A stretch of 64,000 nucleotides of DNA from Escherichia coli (GCA_029351405.1 GCA_029351405.1_4841.1); one strand, 5' to 3'. Numbered from the stretch's first letter, positions 25,837 through 35,658 are shown. Notes: generated by a model not told the origin, from the sequence alone. Made by a program: numbers and translations.

Positions 25837-26340
25837 TTGAGAAACTATATCATGATGCTGTTAATGAACGTTCCACAGAACAAGATGACCCCTGCAACAG
25901 AGGGTAAGAATCACTTCAACATCTACAGCCGGAGCCGGACGGAACTCGGGCGCTTCCTCTCGCATTTTACCCATCATCCAATGACTACCCATGAACATGG
26001 TGTGTTTAACTCCATGGAGGGGTACTGGTATTGGCTGAAGTATAGGGATGACAACCTGCGCCTGCTCGACGGTTATGAGGCCAAGCAATATGGACAGGGA
26101 TTGGCGGCTTCCCGCGTCATTGTCCTGGACCCGTCTACCGAAGAATTCAAGCGCGATATCCTATTTGCAACTAGCATGAAACTCCAGACAATGCCTGAAC
26201 GTCTGAAGATCAGATTGGCTTACAGTCGCCTACCCCTGATCCATGCATATGTTCAGAACGGGAAATACAGTTTTCAAAACTCTATGGACTATATCATTGC
26301 CCACATTAATCGTCTCCGCATACAAGGAACTTTGAAATGA
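25837..26340 (+). CDS. hypothetical protein (167 aa)
   Basis: ORF with several candidate starts (25837 or 25852). Confidence 0.45.
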   Translation: MRNYIMMLLMNVPQNKMTPATEGKNHFNIYSRSRTELGRFLSHFTHHPMTTHEHGVFNSMEGYWYWLKYRDDNLRLLDGYEAKQYGQGLAASRVIVLDPSTEEFKRDILFATSMKLQTMPERLKIRLAYSRLPLIHAYVQNGKYSFQNSMDYIIAHINRLRIQGTLK

Positions 26341-26918
26341 AATTTCTACACACTATCGTCGACACTTCTTATGACTGCACTGCTCATACCCCAGACCGTT
26401 CGCCTGTGTTTGTTCTGAACAAACTAGGTGAAGAGATCTGTGAACTGTCTGATGTGTTTCATGGTATAGTATCTTCCGAGCCGTTGAATGGCGAAGTTGC
26501 TGATGTCATTATCTCTGCTATTGACCTTCTGTACGTCATGGATTATGACGACGTCCAAATGCGCGGCTCTCTGAACAAGGCCGAAATGATCGACTCTGTC
26601 ATCAACCACATGGCGACAGTGAACGATATTTCTTCTAATCTGTTGGAAGAAGACTGGTTCCGTCTGATTGATCGTGATCCTCAAAAGCATCTGAATCTTA
26701 TCCATCATTATCATGGCCGGATTATCCGATTGTGCAACCAGCCTTATCGCAGTCAAGACAGATTGGATCAACTCGTCAATGACCTAATCAAGCATGTTGC
26801 GCGCATGGGGTGTGGGGAAGGGGCGATCCGTGGATCCTCTTTGATGGCCACTCGCATTAAAGTGGAGCACGCTATTGAACACAAGGTTGAAAAGTGGCGT
26901 AGCAAATTTGGTCTATAA
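26337..26918 (+). CDS. MazG-like nucleotide pyrophosphohydrolase domain protein (putative)
   Basis: 193 aa; KLGEEICELSD...GEVADVIISAIDLLYVM fits the all-alpha NTP-PPase pattern of spaced Glu/Asp. Confidence 0.45.
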   Translation: MKFLHTIVDTSYDCTAHTPDRSPVFVLNKLGEEICELSDVFHGIVSSEPLNGEVADVIISAIDLLYVMDYDDVQMRGSLNKAEMIDSVINHMATVNDISSNLLEEDWFRLIDRDPQKHLNLIHHYHGRIIRLCNQPYRSQDRLDQLVNDLIKHVARMGCGEGAIRGSSLMATRIKVEHAIEHKVEKWRSKFGL

Positions 26919-26967
26919 GCCGACCCCATACATAATCTTGTGTGTTTACCATTGACGGGATAGGCCG

Positions 26968-28878
26968 ATGTCCAACAAAATTGATATTGAACGCAAGTAC
27001 AAGAAGCTCACTCACGTTGAGCATATCCTACTCCGCCCAGAGCGTCATCTGGGCAGTATTCGTTCGTCTGTGGGGACGGTGTGGGTGTATGACCCAACTA
27101 AGGACAAAGTCATCTTCCGTGACAACTTTGAGTACTCCCCCGCGCTGATCAAACAGTTTGATGAAATCATCACCAACTGTGTTGACCACAGCAAGACCCC
27201 TGAGGGCAAATCCCTGACGGAAATCACCGTCACAGTTTCCCCGATGAACGGTCAAATCATCGTTGCCGACAACGGGGGTATCCCTGTGGTCAAGCATGGC
27301 GTCACCAACGAGTGGCTTCCTGAAATGTTGTTCGGCTCTCTATATGCGGGATCGAACTTCAACGACGAAGACGAAGAGTACAACAACCAGAAGTCCGGTG
27401 GTCAGAATGGCGAAGGGGCGTCCCTCGTCAACGTGTTCTCCAAATGGTTCCGCGTCACGACTAATGACGGCAAGAAGTCTTATACTCAGACGTTTGAAGA
27501 CAACATGAGCAAGAAATCTAACCCAGTCATCAGCAACGTGAACAGTCCTGGCACATCCATCGCCTGGATCCCTGACTATGCTCGTCTGGGCGTCAAAGGA
27601 CTTGATCAGAACAACCTGCTGATGATCTATCGCCGCGCGTTTGAAGTGGCTGCGTGTAACCCGCGCCTGAAGATTGTTCTCAACGGGAAGCAAATCCGGA
27701 TTGACCGCTTTGGTCACTTCGTTGATTACTTCCATGCTGGTTCGGCTGTTGACGAAACCGGGGATTGGTCTGTTGCTGTAGCTCCTTCATCCGGTACGTT
27801 CATGCACGCATCATACGTGAACTCTATTGCCACCCACATCGGTGGTCCTCACGTTGATTATGTTGCCGACCAGATCGTGGCAGCGATTCGTCCCCAGCTG
27901 GTGAAGAAGTTCAAGACCGAACTGAAGCCAGCAATGATCAAGAACCACATGTCCTTGTTCATCGCTGCCGACATCAACAACCCGCGCTTTGACAGCCAGA
28001 CCAAGGAGCGCATGACCACTCCTGTCAGCCAGTTCGGTACGTCGTACAAGCCCAGCGATAAACTGATCCGCAAGGCGCTTGAGTTCGTTACGGCTGGTCT
28101 GAGCAAAGAACTGGCTTCCCTGCGCAATGAGCAGGATGATGCTGAGTTTGAAAAGGCCAAGAAGGATATCAGTAAACGGGATTATCGTGAGATTGAGAAG
28201 TATTACCCGGCGACCGCCCGTGGTGACCGCAGCGGATGCTCCCTGTTGCTGACAGAGGGTGATAGTGCCTCCAATCCTATCCTGAACGCCCGCGACACCA
28301 AGAAGATCGGGTTGTTCCCGCTTCGTGGTAAGTTCATCAACTGCCTGAACGCCCCGCGCTCAAAGGTGATGAACAATGAAGAGTTCAAGAACCTGTGTAC
28401 GATCCACGGCGGTGCAGTACCAGGCCAGCCCCTTGACATCACCCGTTACCCACAGACTGTTGTGGCTACCGATGCGGACGATGACGGCATCCACATCCGT
28501 GGGTTGTTGATCACCCTGTATTGCACCTACTGGCCGGAGTACGTCCGTCAGGGCAGGCTGAAGCTCCTGCGCACCCCTTACATGCGTGTGTGGTGTGGTA
28601 AGGTGATGCATGAGTTCATGAACAACGCAGAGTATGAGGAGTTCCTGAAGACGCCTGATGCCAAGAAGATCACGAAGAAGAAATATCTGAAAGGTCTTGG
28701 CGGTAACAGCACTGAAGACTTCAAACGTATTCTAAACAACCTGGATGCGTATACTACGACGGTCACGCTGGACGATGGCTATCAACAGTCACTGAAGAAT
28801 GGCTTCGGTGACGAGGCCGCCGATTACCGCAAAACCTGGTTTAGCGATGTTTGCCTATTTGAAACTGAGGATGAATAA
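26968..28878 (+). CDS. 39: DNA topoisomerase II large subunit (GyrB-like, T4 gp39-like)
   Basis: 636 aa; N-terminal ATPase region and PRFDSQTKERM matching T4 gp39 MRFDSQTKERL. Confidence 0.9.
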   Translation: MSNKIDIERKYKKLTHVEHILLRPERHLGSIRSSVGTVWVYDPTKDKVIFRDNFEYSPALIKQFDEIITNCVDHSKTPEGKSLTEITVTVSPMNGQIIVADNGGIPVVKHGVTNEWLPEMLFGSLYAGSNFNDEDEEYNNQKSGGQNGEGASLVNVFSKWFRVTTNDGKKSYTQTFEDNMSKKSNPVISNVNSPGTSIAWIPDYARLGVKGLDQNNLLMIYRRAFEVAACNPRLKIVLNGKQIRIDRFGHFVDYFHAGSAVDETGDWSVAVAPSSGTFMHASYVNSIATHIGGPHVDYVADQIVAAIRPQLVKKFKTELKPAMIKNHMSLFIAADINNPRFDSQTKERMTTPVSQFGTSYKPSDKLIRKALEFVTAGLSKELASLRNEQDDAEFEKAKKDISKRDYREIEKYYPATARGDRSGCSLLLTEGDSASNPILNARDTKKIGLFPLRGKFINCLNAPRSKVMNNEEFKNLCTIHGGAVPGQPLDITRYPQTVVATDADDDGIHIRGLLITLYCTYWPEYVRQGRLKLLRTPYMRVWCGKVMHEFMNNAEYEEFLKTPDAKKITKKKYLKGLGGNSTEDFKRILNNLDAYTTTVTLDDGYQQSLKNGFGDEAADYRKTWFSDVCLFETEDE

Positions 28879-28879
28879 G

Positions 28880-30211
28880 ATGGTTGCCAAGAGCATTACT
28901 GTAACGGACTTTGTCAACACTGACCATAAGCAGTTTTCTGTGGTCAACAGCATCCGTCAAATCCCTCAGCTGATTGACAGCCTCAAGCCAAGCCAGCGCA
29001 AGATCCTTTTCGCTGCTCTTGAGTACAACAAGGAGGAGATTGTTGACCGCCTTGGTATGTTCGCCGCCGCTCGCACCAACTACAAGTCTGGTGGTGAGAA
29101 CATGAGCGGCACTATCGTGAACATGGCTCAGGGGTTCCCAGGCACGAACAACATCCCGTACTTTGACCGCGATGGCCAGTTTGGTTCTATCATGGGGCGT
29201 GATGCTTCATCTGCCCGATACATATCCGTCGCTGTATCTGACGTTATCCGCAAGATCTTCCGCAAGGAGGATGAGGGTATCTTGGAATACAACTACCTTG
29301 GTGAAGAAAGGCTGGAGCCGAAGTTCTTTCTGCCCATCCTACCCATGTTCCTGGTGAATGGGATCAATGGTATCGGCACCGGATATTCCACCGACACCCC
29401 GTGTCATTGCGTTAAGTCCGTGCTGAATGCCCTGAGAGCGCTTCTCCGTGGCGAAGACCCGAAAGACTTAAAACCGTACTGGAACGGCTTCAAAGGAGAG
29501 ACAGGCTATACTGAGGAAGGAAGAGCATACAGTCGTGGTATCTTCCGTCGCGTCAATGCCACGACCCTGCATATCACCGAAGTCCCAGTGGGCTGGTTTG
29601 CCAAAACCTATGAGACCAAGGTGTTGCTGCCTCTGTACAAGGCAGGTATCCTCACCGAGTACGCCAACGACACGACGGAAGATGGCTGGGATATCACGGT
29701 TGTGTTTAAGCGCGGCGAACTCTCTAAGCTGAGTGACGAGCAGGTTGAGCAGATGTTCAAGTTGTATTCAGCCACCAAGCCTGTTTGGACAGCATGGGAT
29801 GAAGACGGTGTTATTCATCGTTATTCTGGTTGGCGGGATATGTTGCTGCCGTTCTTCAATTATCGCCTGTCACGGTACGAAGACCGTCGCCAGTATCTGT
29901 TGAAGGACATGGCAGACAGGATCCGCAAGCTGGGTGACCGGGCGGTGTTCATTGAATGGGCGACGCGTGTTGATCTCCGCCAAAAGATTGACGTGCTGAA
30001 GTCTCTGTTCATGCAGGACTACCCGGACTTTGGTGGTGATCTTGACGAGTTGTTCAAGATGCCTCTGTCGTCTATTACTCTGGACGCCCGTGAGCGCCTA
30101 CTCAAGCAGATTGAGAACCTTGAAGTACAACATAAGGAATTAAGTAAGAAAGAGGACATCGATCTTTACACTGAAGACCTTGATGACCTTGAAAAGGCTC
30201 TTGGCCTTTAA
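28880..30211 (+). CDS. 52: DNA topoisomerase II medium subunit (GyrA-like, T4 gp52-like)
   Basis: 443 aa from ATG 28880 just after the gp39-like stop; N-terminus LKPSQRKILFAALE...GENMSGTIVNM typical of the breakage-reunion subunit. Confidence 0.85.
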   Translation: MVAKSITVTDFVNTDHKQFSVVNSIRQIPQLIDSLKPSQRKILFAALEYNKEEIVDRLGMFAAARTNYKSGGENMSGTIVNMAQGFPGTNNIPYFDRDGQFGSIMGRDASSARYISVAVSDVIRKIFRKEDEGILEYNYLGEERLEPKFFLPILPMFLVNGINGIGTGYSTDTPCHCVKSVLNALRALLRGEDPKDLKPYWNGFKGETGYTEEGRAYSRGIFRRVNATTLHITEVPVGWFAKTYETKVLLPLYKAGILTEYANDTTEDGWDITVVFKRGELSKLSDEQVEQMFKLYSATKPVWTAWDEDGVIHRYSGWRDMLLPFFNYRLSRYEDRRQYLLKDMADRIRKLGDRAVFIEWATRVDLRQKIDVLKSLFMQDYPDFGGDLDELFKMPLSSITLDARERLLKQIENLEVQHKELSKKEDIDLYTEDLDDLEKALGL

Positions 30212-30250
30212 CATAGGAGGGTTCGCCCTCCTCACCTGGAGGGTTGTGCT

Positions 30251-30538
30251 ATGTTCTATCTCCGTTCTGCGGCACCTGTGGTATTCATCATTTTCCTATT
30301 TGATTTCCTGGTTCCTCGCTTTATCAAAGAAGAGGTGGCGTTTGGTCTCTATGGTGAGACGGAAGACCCAGAGGTCGATGAATATTACCCAATGTGCGCC
30401 CTGAAAGATATCGAGGAAGGGGAAGATGTTGCAATGGTAGGCACTATGCGTTCTTTCAACCTGTTCGGGATTGCACTCTTTCCGAAACTGGTTGGTGAAC
30501 TGCGCCCCTACGATCCCGATGCTACTGTAGAGGGTTGA
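30251..30538 (+). CDS. hypothetical small membrane-associated protein (95 aa)
   Basis: Hydrophobic N-terminus; GGAGGG RBS after a hairpin at 30215-30240. Confidence 0.4.
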   Translation: MFYLRSAAPVVFIIFLFDFLVPRFIKEEVAFGLYGETEDPEVDEYYPMCALKDIEEGEDVAMVGTMRSFNLFGIALFPKLVGELRPYDPDATVEG

Positions 30539-30856
30539 TCATAACATAGCTTCTGAGTCCTAAACTTCTGTCTATGGATGATTCCTTGTATTTTCATTGT
30601 CCTGGGTGTGGTATACTTCATCTATATCGCATTAAGGGCGAAACCCAAGGTCCGATGTGGTCGTGGAAAAACAATGTTATTGAGCCTACGTTCACACCGA
30701 GCCCCTGCTGGTGAATGCAACTGATCCAGCATCATTTGCCATCTGTTCCTGACCGACGGCAAAATACAATTCCTCGGCGACTGTTTCCATGATCTGAAGA
30801 ACCAGACAGTGGATATGGTCGACATATCTGAACCTGAAATTTGGATTGAATAGATT

Positions 30857-31267
30857 ATGAAATTACTGGGATATTTTCGTGAACTCCCAACGGGAACTGA
30901 AGGCAAGTTGTTCTCACAGGTGAAGGGGGATGACATCGGTGATACGATGATTCCCCTGTACACTCGTGAACTTCCTGCCGAAGGTGCCTGGGAGCGCCGT
31001 GTGGTCGCTGCCGCCAACAAATATGGTGATGTAATCGTCGTTGCCGACCGTCACCACAGCCGATTCATGAACAGCCAGCTCAAGATCCTGAAAGAAGCAG
31101 GCGTCATTAAATCCATCCATACCCGCGAACAGGGATTCATCGACAACCAGGGCAACTTCCTCACTCGTGAAGAGGCATGCATCGTAGCCCGTGAAGCTGG
31201 ACAGATCAATCAGGTGCGCCTGAAGACAACCCCTTTCCGCGAACTCTTTTCCGAAGACCTCTATTGA
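30857..31267 (+). CDS. hypothetical protein (136 aa)
   Basis: ORF heading the operon that contains the macro-domain and DexA genes. Confidence 0.5.
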   Translation: MKLLGYFRELPTGTEGKLFSQVKGDDIGDTMIPLYTRELPAEGAWERRVVAAANKYGDVIVVADRHHSRFMNSQLKILKEAGVIKSIHTREQGFIDNQGNFLTREEACIVAREAGQINQVRLKTTPFRELFSEDLY

Positions 31268-31317
31268 AGAAAAAGGCGGTATTATTACCGCCTCGACCTC
31301 TTGTTTGGTAACATCAA

Positions 31318-31560
31318 ATGAACCCAGAATTTGAAAATCTGTTCGAGCGATGCTTCGAACCAGGTTCTGTGTCCGGTTACATGGACCGTCTTTGCACTGC
31401 CATTGTAATACGCCTTGCTGCCAAGGGTATCGTTGTCAACACCATTATCCGCAATGGGAACAACTTTATCATGCAGATGACTGATTATCACCGCCGCACA
31501 GGCATCATCCAGGTGTCATGTGTTGACAACAGCATTATTGAATGGAGACAGTACGCATGA
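31318..31560 (+). CDS. hypothetical protein (80 aa)
   Basis: Stop overlaps the macro-domain gene start. Confidence 0.45.
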   Translation: MNPEFENLFERCFEPGSVSGYMDRLCTAIVIRLAAKGIVVNTIIRNGNNFIMQMTDYHRRTGIIQVSCVDNSIIEWRQYA

Positions 31561-32156
31561 CCACATATGTAATCAACGGTGGTGATTTACTGAAAGCCGC
31601 CTGTAGCTTCAATCTGATCGACATCTTTGCCCACGGTGCCAACTGTTGGTCTACCATGGGCGCGGGTATTGCCCTGCACATCGGCAACAACTTCCCATCC
31701 CTACGCGAAGTCGATGCGAACGACCCTCGTGGTCCAGAGCAACGCCTGGGTGGCATGTCTTATGCATTCGACCACAGCAAAGGCGTTTGGGGCGCGAACC
31801 TCTACACTCAGTTTTATCCAGGCCCGAACGCTCGCATGCCGTCTGTCATCAGTTCTGTTCAGACCCTGTTCGAGCAGGTGCATGAAATTGTGGAAGCAAC
31901 TAAAGACGAAACTGTCTATGTCGGCCTGCCTGCTATCGGCTGTGGTATTGGTGGCCTGAACCTCTACAGTGTAGTGCGCCATATCAATCGAATCTCTGAA
32001 AGCGTGTATGAAGAGACCCGCCGTCGTGTCGTCCCAGTCTTCTATATCAGGGAAGGAGACGGATTCGATGATGATATGATGGAACTTTCTCATCTGGACA
32101 CAGAAGGTATCATGATTGTCGAAGATGAGCAAGAAATCATCGACGAGGAGGCGTAA
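31557..32156 (+). CDS. macro domain protein (ADP-ribose binding / ADP-ribosyl hydrolase-like)
   Basis: Start set at ATG 31557; VINGGDLL...FAHGANCWSTMGAGIALHIG resembles the macro-domain glycine-rich diphosphate-binding loop. Confidence 0.6.
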   Translation: MTTYVINGGDLLKAACSFNLIDIFAHGANCWSTMGAGIALHIGNNFPSLREVDANDPRGPEQRLGGMSYAFDHSKGVWGANLYTQFYPGPNARMPSVISSVQTLFEQVHEIVEATKDETVYVGLPAIGCGIGGLNLYSVVRHINRISESVYEETRRRVVPVFYIREGDGFDDDMMELSHLDTEGIMIVEDEQEIIDEEA

Positions 32157-32789
32157 ATGTACAAGTCTAATTTCCTTGCAGTTGCCGACAGCGAAACCCT
32201 GGGTCGCTGGGATGATGCAGTCATGTTGTCCTGGGCGCACACCATCGCCGACCTGACCAAGCGTTATACTCTTCAGCAGCTGGTTGAGGAGCGCACGACG
32301 TTCATTAAGCTGAATGTCAAAGAGCAACTCGAACTTGGTCGCGTGAAGGACGCTGGGACAGTTGAATGGTGGCTGGGCACGGGCAAGCGCAACCCGTGTG
32401 ATGCGGCTCGCGCCGTCAGTCTGTACCCGACTGAGCAGGACATCTCTATCTTCCAGCTGGCCGATGAAATCCGCAAGGGATGTCATCGTCTTGGGGTAGA
32501 CCCGCGCTCGGTTGACTGGTGTGACCGTAACTTGTTCGATCTACGCAAGGCTCAACACATCATTGAGGTGACGTGTAAGCAGGACTCCAACGAGCCATGG
32601 GATTACCACCACACCTTCGACATCGTGAGCTGGCTGAAGGGTGTTGGGCAACAGGATCGCTACGCTGGCATCAAGGCGTGGGAACTGGAAGGTATGGTCT
32701 ATCATGATCCTCGTTATGACGCCGCGCTTGATTGGCTTCGTATTCAGAAGACCATGGAAGATCTGATGGGACTGGAGGTTGTGGGATGA
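32157..32789 (+). CDS. dexA: DexA-like 3'-5' exonuclease (DEDD family)
   Basis: 210 aa; FLAVADSETLG parallels T4 DexA FIIDFETMG (Exo I DxE); TVEWW and a C-terminal HxxxD-like motif. Confidence 0.7.
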   Translation: MYKSNFLAVADSETLGRWDDAVMLSWAHTIADLTKRYTLQQLVEERTTFIKLNVKEQLELGRVKDAGTVEWWLGTGKRNPCDAARAVSLYPTEQDISIFQLADEIRKGCHRLGVDPRSVDWCDRNLFDLRKAQHIIEVTCKQDSNEPWDYHHTFDIVSWLKGVGQQDRYAGIKAWELEGMVYHDPRYDAALDWLRIQKTMEDLMGLEVVG

Positions 32790-33088
32790 TTGTATTCACT
32801 GTCATCGGTGTGATCGTAACAGCTGGGGTGTTCACAGCCATATTGGGCTACCTGTACTTCATGTTCCTTCATCCGTTATTTCAGGCGTTCAGTCTCACGA
32901 ATTGGTACTTGGCCTGCCTAAAGGCCGACGGCGGCGTGAACACGGCCTCTCTTCCTTACTGGCGGCTGGTGGCGCATTACTACTCGGTCGGTGGCTGGCC
33001 TGGGGAAAGGACATGGAACTCTATCGGTGAGTGGTATGGAATAGGTCGATGGCGTATATTCCCTGATGAAGATGATCAAGCCCCGTGA
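32786..33088 (+). CDS. hypothetical membrane protein (100 aa)
   Basis: Start set at ATG 32786 in an ATGA overlap with the dexA stop; hydrophobic N-terminus. Confidence 0.45.
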   Translation: MIVFTVIGVIVTAGVFTAILGYLYFMFLHPLFQAFSLTNWYLACLKADGGVNTASLPYWRLVAHYYSVGGWPGERTWNSIGEWYGIGRWRIFPDEDDQAP

Positions 33089-33100
33089 GGGGCTTTTCTA
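33079..33100 (+). terminator. Rho-independent terminator
   Basis: Hairpin AGCCCC-(GTGA)-GGGGCT followed by TTTT, overlapping the stop at 33088. Confidence 0.65.
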
Positions 33101-33151
33101 TATCCGGGATAGAGTATCATTGGTTCACCAACGAATCCTCTGGAAACTGTT

Positions 33152-33364
33152 ATGACTACAGCAAGAAGTTACAGAAAGAACTTCAACATCGAAGGGATTG
33201 AGTTCTACCACCATTACGCCCAGGACACACATGGCACTGTATGCAACACATACATGCTTGACGGTCACCCTGTAGGTTCCGATGAGTTCTATCGTGTTCT
33301 GCGCGAGTGTACAGAAGAATCCCTTCCGTACATCATCAACGCCAACGGATTGATTAAACCATGA
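33152..33364 (+). CDS. hypothetical protein (70 aa)
   Basis: Stop overlaps the QueC-like gene start. Confidence 0.45.
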   Translation: MTTARSYRKNFNIEGIEFYHHYAQDTHGTVCNTYMLDGHPVGSDEFYRVLRECTEESLPYIINANGLIKP

Positions 33365-34050
33365 TCAACGTATCAATAAACGACCGTGATTTCGTTCGCG
33401 ATGTTATGACAAACAACAAAGACCCTCTTGCGTACAACGGGGAGAAGGTTACTCTGTTCTGGTCAGGCGGTGTGGACAGCACGTACATGCTATTCTGGTT
33501 GTTGGCTCACGGGTACGAAGTTCACACGATCTACTGCGAACTGGAGAACAACTCCTTCAAGGTGAAACGTGAGAACTGGGCGCGCAAGAAGATCAGGGAA
33601 TGGGTGATCACCAATTCGCCAAGGTTGAACGCTCATTGGCATCACAGGGAAACCCCGATCAGCAAAATGAGCATCCAGTCTGGTGGGTTCCGGCCTTGTC
33701 TGGCTCAAGCCCCTGTGTGGTTAGTGAACACCCAATTCGTGGGCGGCCATTTTGATCGAGGACTGCCAAGAACTTATGTGATGGCATACGTCAACGGAGA
33801 CGACGCTCTCCACTGGATTCCAGCCTTCAACAAGATCGTGGAGGGTTATAACATGTTGGCCAAAGACGGGCATGAGATCACCGTTCTCTTCCCTCTCGCC
33901 AGCATGAAGAAGACATGGTTCTACGAAGCCCTGAAACCGATCTATGGCCTGATGACCTGGTGTGAATATCCCGTTCTGAAAAAGAACTGTGATTGCCCCG
34001 CTTGTGTCCGCCACCGTCATGAACTTTCCGTGTTTGAGGGGAAACAATGA
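33361..34050 (+). CDS. QueC-like PP-loop ATPase (7-cyano-7-deazaguanine synthase family)
   Basis: 229 aa; LFWSGGVDSTYML matches the QueC SGGxDS PP-loop; GYEVHTIYCE parallels E. coli QueC YDEVHCVTFD; C-terminal Cys cluster NCDCPAC. Confidence 0.6.
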   Translation: MINVSINDRDFVRDVMTNNKDPLAYNGEKVTLFWSGGVDSTYMLFWLLAHGYEVHTIYCELENNSFKVKRENWARKKIREWVITNSPRLNAHWHHRETPISKMSIQSGGFRPCLAQAPVWLVNTQFVGGHFDRGLPRTYVMAYVNGDDALHWIPAFNKIVEGYNMLAKDGHEITVLFPLASMKKTWFYEALKPIYGLMTWCEYPVLKKNCDCPACVRHRHELSVFEGKQ

Positions 34051-34388
34051 AACCGTCTGTTGTGGTGAACGACATCACGAGATTGATAAACCTTGTCAAA
34101 GATGTGTTTCCACAACAGGTGGATGTCGAGTACGTGGGGAAGAACGGGAAGTGTTACCAGGTTGCTCTGTTGTTGAAGCACGTGTACCCTCAAGCAGAGA
34201 TCCATTACAGTCAGACCGAAGGTCATGTGTATACTCTGATTGATGGGCATTACTACGACATCGACGGCATCCACTTCAGTGTCCCACCGGACACGTGTTT
34301 GCTCGAACACAACAGAGGCCATAAACCCCATCGCTGGCATAAAGGGTTTGTGAACGTACCGATTTTAGAATGGTTGAGGAAACCATAA
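34047..34388 (+). CDS. hypothetical protein (113 aa), His-rich
   Basis: Coupled between the QueC-like and phosphoesterase genes. Confidence 0.45.
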   Translation: MKPSVVVNDITRLINLVKDVFPQQVDVEYVGKNGKCYQVALLLKHVYPQAEIHYSQTEGHVYTLIDGHYYDIDGIHFSVPPDTCLLEHNRGHKPHRWHKGFVNVPILEWLRKP

Positions 34389-34948
34389 TGGCAGGAATTG
34401 TAAAGTATCTGGGCGACACCCACCTTGGGCACAAGAAGATCTTCAATCCCCGTGGGTTCGATACCCAAGAGGCACATGATGCTGCAGTTATCGACAGTAT
34501 CTTTCAGGGGTTGAAGTCCCGAGACGTCCTTGAACTGGCTGGGGACATCTGCTTCATCGGGGCTGAGGGGTTCATTCGCCTGATGCGCGAGGGTGCCAAG
34601 AGGAATATTGATGAGTTCAAGCGCCGCCCAGTTCCCGATGACTGGCGTCCGAACTTTATCATCAGGGTGGCGCAAGGCAACCATGACAGCTTCAAGATGT
34701 TGATGCAGCTGTATCAAGAGGGATGGATTAGCTCCTTTGGTGCGATGTATGAGCGTGATACTCCGGTTGGTCGTGTGTTGACCACTCACGTTCCTTATCA
34801 ATTAGACCGCTGGGCGTATAATATCCATGGTCATCTTCACGAAAATATTCGCGAAGAGCGCGAATACCTGAACTGTAGTTGGGAACAATTCAAGCGCCCT
34901 GTAACCCTGTCTGAGTTGTTATACACCAATCTGGGGATTGAAATATGA
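34388..34948 (+). CDS. calcineurin-like metallophosphoesterase
   Basis: Start at ATG 34388 (TAATG overlap); motifs GDTHLGH, AGDI, QGNHD and HGHLH match the phosphoesterase signature. Confidence 0.6.
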   Translation: MAGIVKYLGDTHLGHKKIFNPRGFDTQEAHDAAVIDSIFQGLKSRDVLELAGDICFIGAEGFIRLMREGAKRNIDEFKRRPVPDDWRPNFIIRVAQGNHDSFKMLMQLYQEGWISSFGAMYERDTPVGRVLTTHVPYQLDRWAYNIHGHLHENIREEREYLNCSWEQFKRPVTLSELLYTNLGIEI

Positions 34949-35262
34949 AAATTTATTTTCCTGGCCAAAAGGTGCCTTCTGAAGTGCAGAAGGTCACAAT
35001 CACAGGCTACCGGAAAGGGGATCCATATCTGCGCTTCTCCTCTCCATGTATCGTGAAGCAAACTAAAACGGGTTATTATATCAGGCCGATTGTGTTGATG
35101 GGCTGTGTAATGACGTTCAGAGCTTCCTGTGAACACGTTCTTATACAAGGAAGTCCAAACATCGAAGGTGGAGAAACCCACATGAACTGCAAGCCGATTA
35201 TCCCGACATGGTTGATTATTGGTGTGCTTTCCGTTTTAGCTCTGAAAGGAGTATTGTCATGA
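34945..35262 (+). CDS. hypothetical protein (105 aa)
   Basis: ATGA overlap upstream; hydrophobic C-terminus. Confidence 0.4.
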   Translation: MKIYFPGQKVPSEVQKVTITGYRKGDPYLRFSSPCIVKQTKTGYYIRPIVLMGCVMTFRASCEHVLIQGSPNIEGGETHMNCKPIIPTWLIIGVLSVLALKGVLS

Positions 35263-35588
35263 AAAAGCCACGCATCACAGGACATCAACTCTGCGTCCTT
35301 TTAGGAATGTTGAACTTTGAGAAAGGTCATTGCCGTTATGGTGAATGGTACTTTCATCCCAAATCCTGGACCAATGACAAGGGCAACACCGTCTGGACGT
35401 TCCGGGTATGCCCGAACGCTGGTGGTTTCACCTCCGTCAAAGGCAACCCCCGCACAGGGGCTTCCCTGCTCGCCAAGGGGTTGATCGAACCAGCTGGCTC
35501 AATGGTTCATGACGGTTCTTACGTGAACTGGCCGAACACTGAGGTGACGTTCTATCGCCTGACCGAACTCGGTAAATCTTATCTCTGA
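35259..35588 (+). CDS. hypothetical protein (109 aa)
   Basis: Start set at MKKPRITGH (ATG 35259) in an ATGA overlap. Confidence 0.45.
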   Translation: MKKPRITGHQLCVLLGMLNFEKGHCRYGEWYFHPKSWTNDKGNTVWTFRVCPNAGGFTSVKGNPRTGASLLAKGLIEPAGSMVHDGSYVNWPNTEVTFYRLTELGKSYL

Positions 35589-35658
35589 ATAAAGATTCAG
35601 CGGTTATTGAAGAAGGGGGAGTATATACTTCCCCTTAGTTTATTAAGAGGAACCGGAA

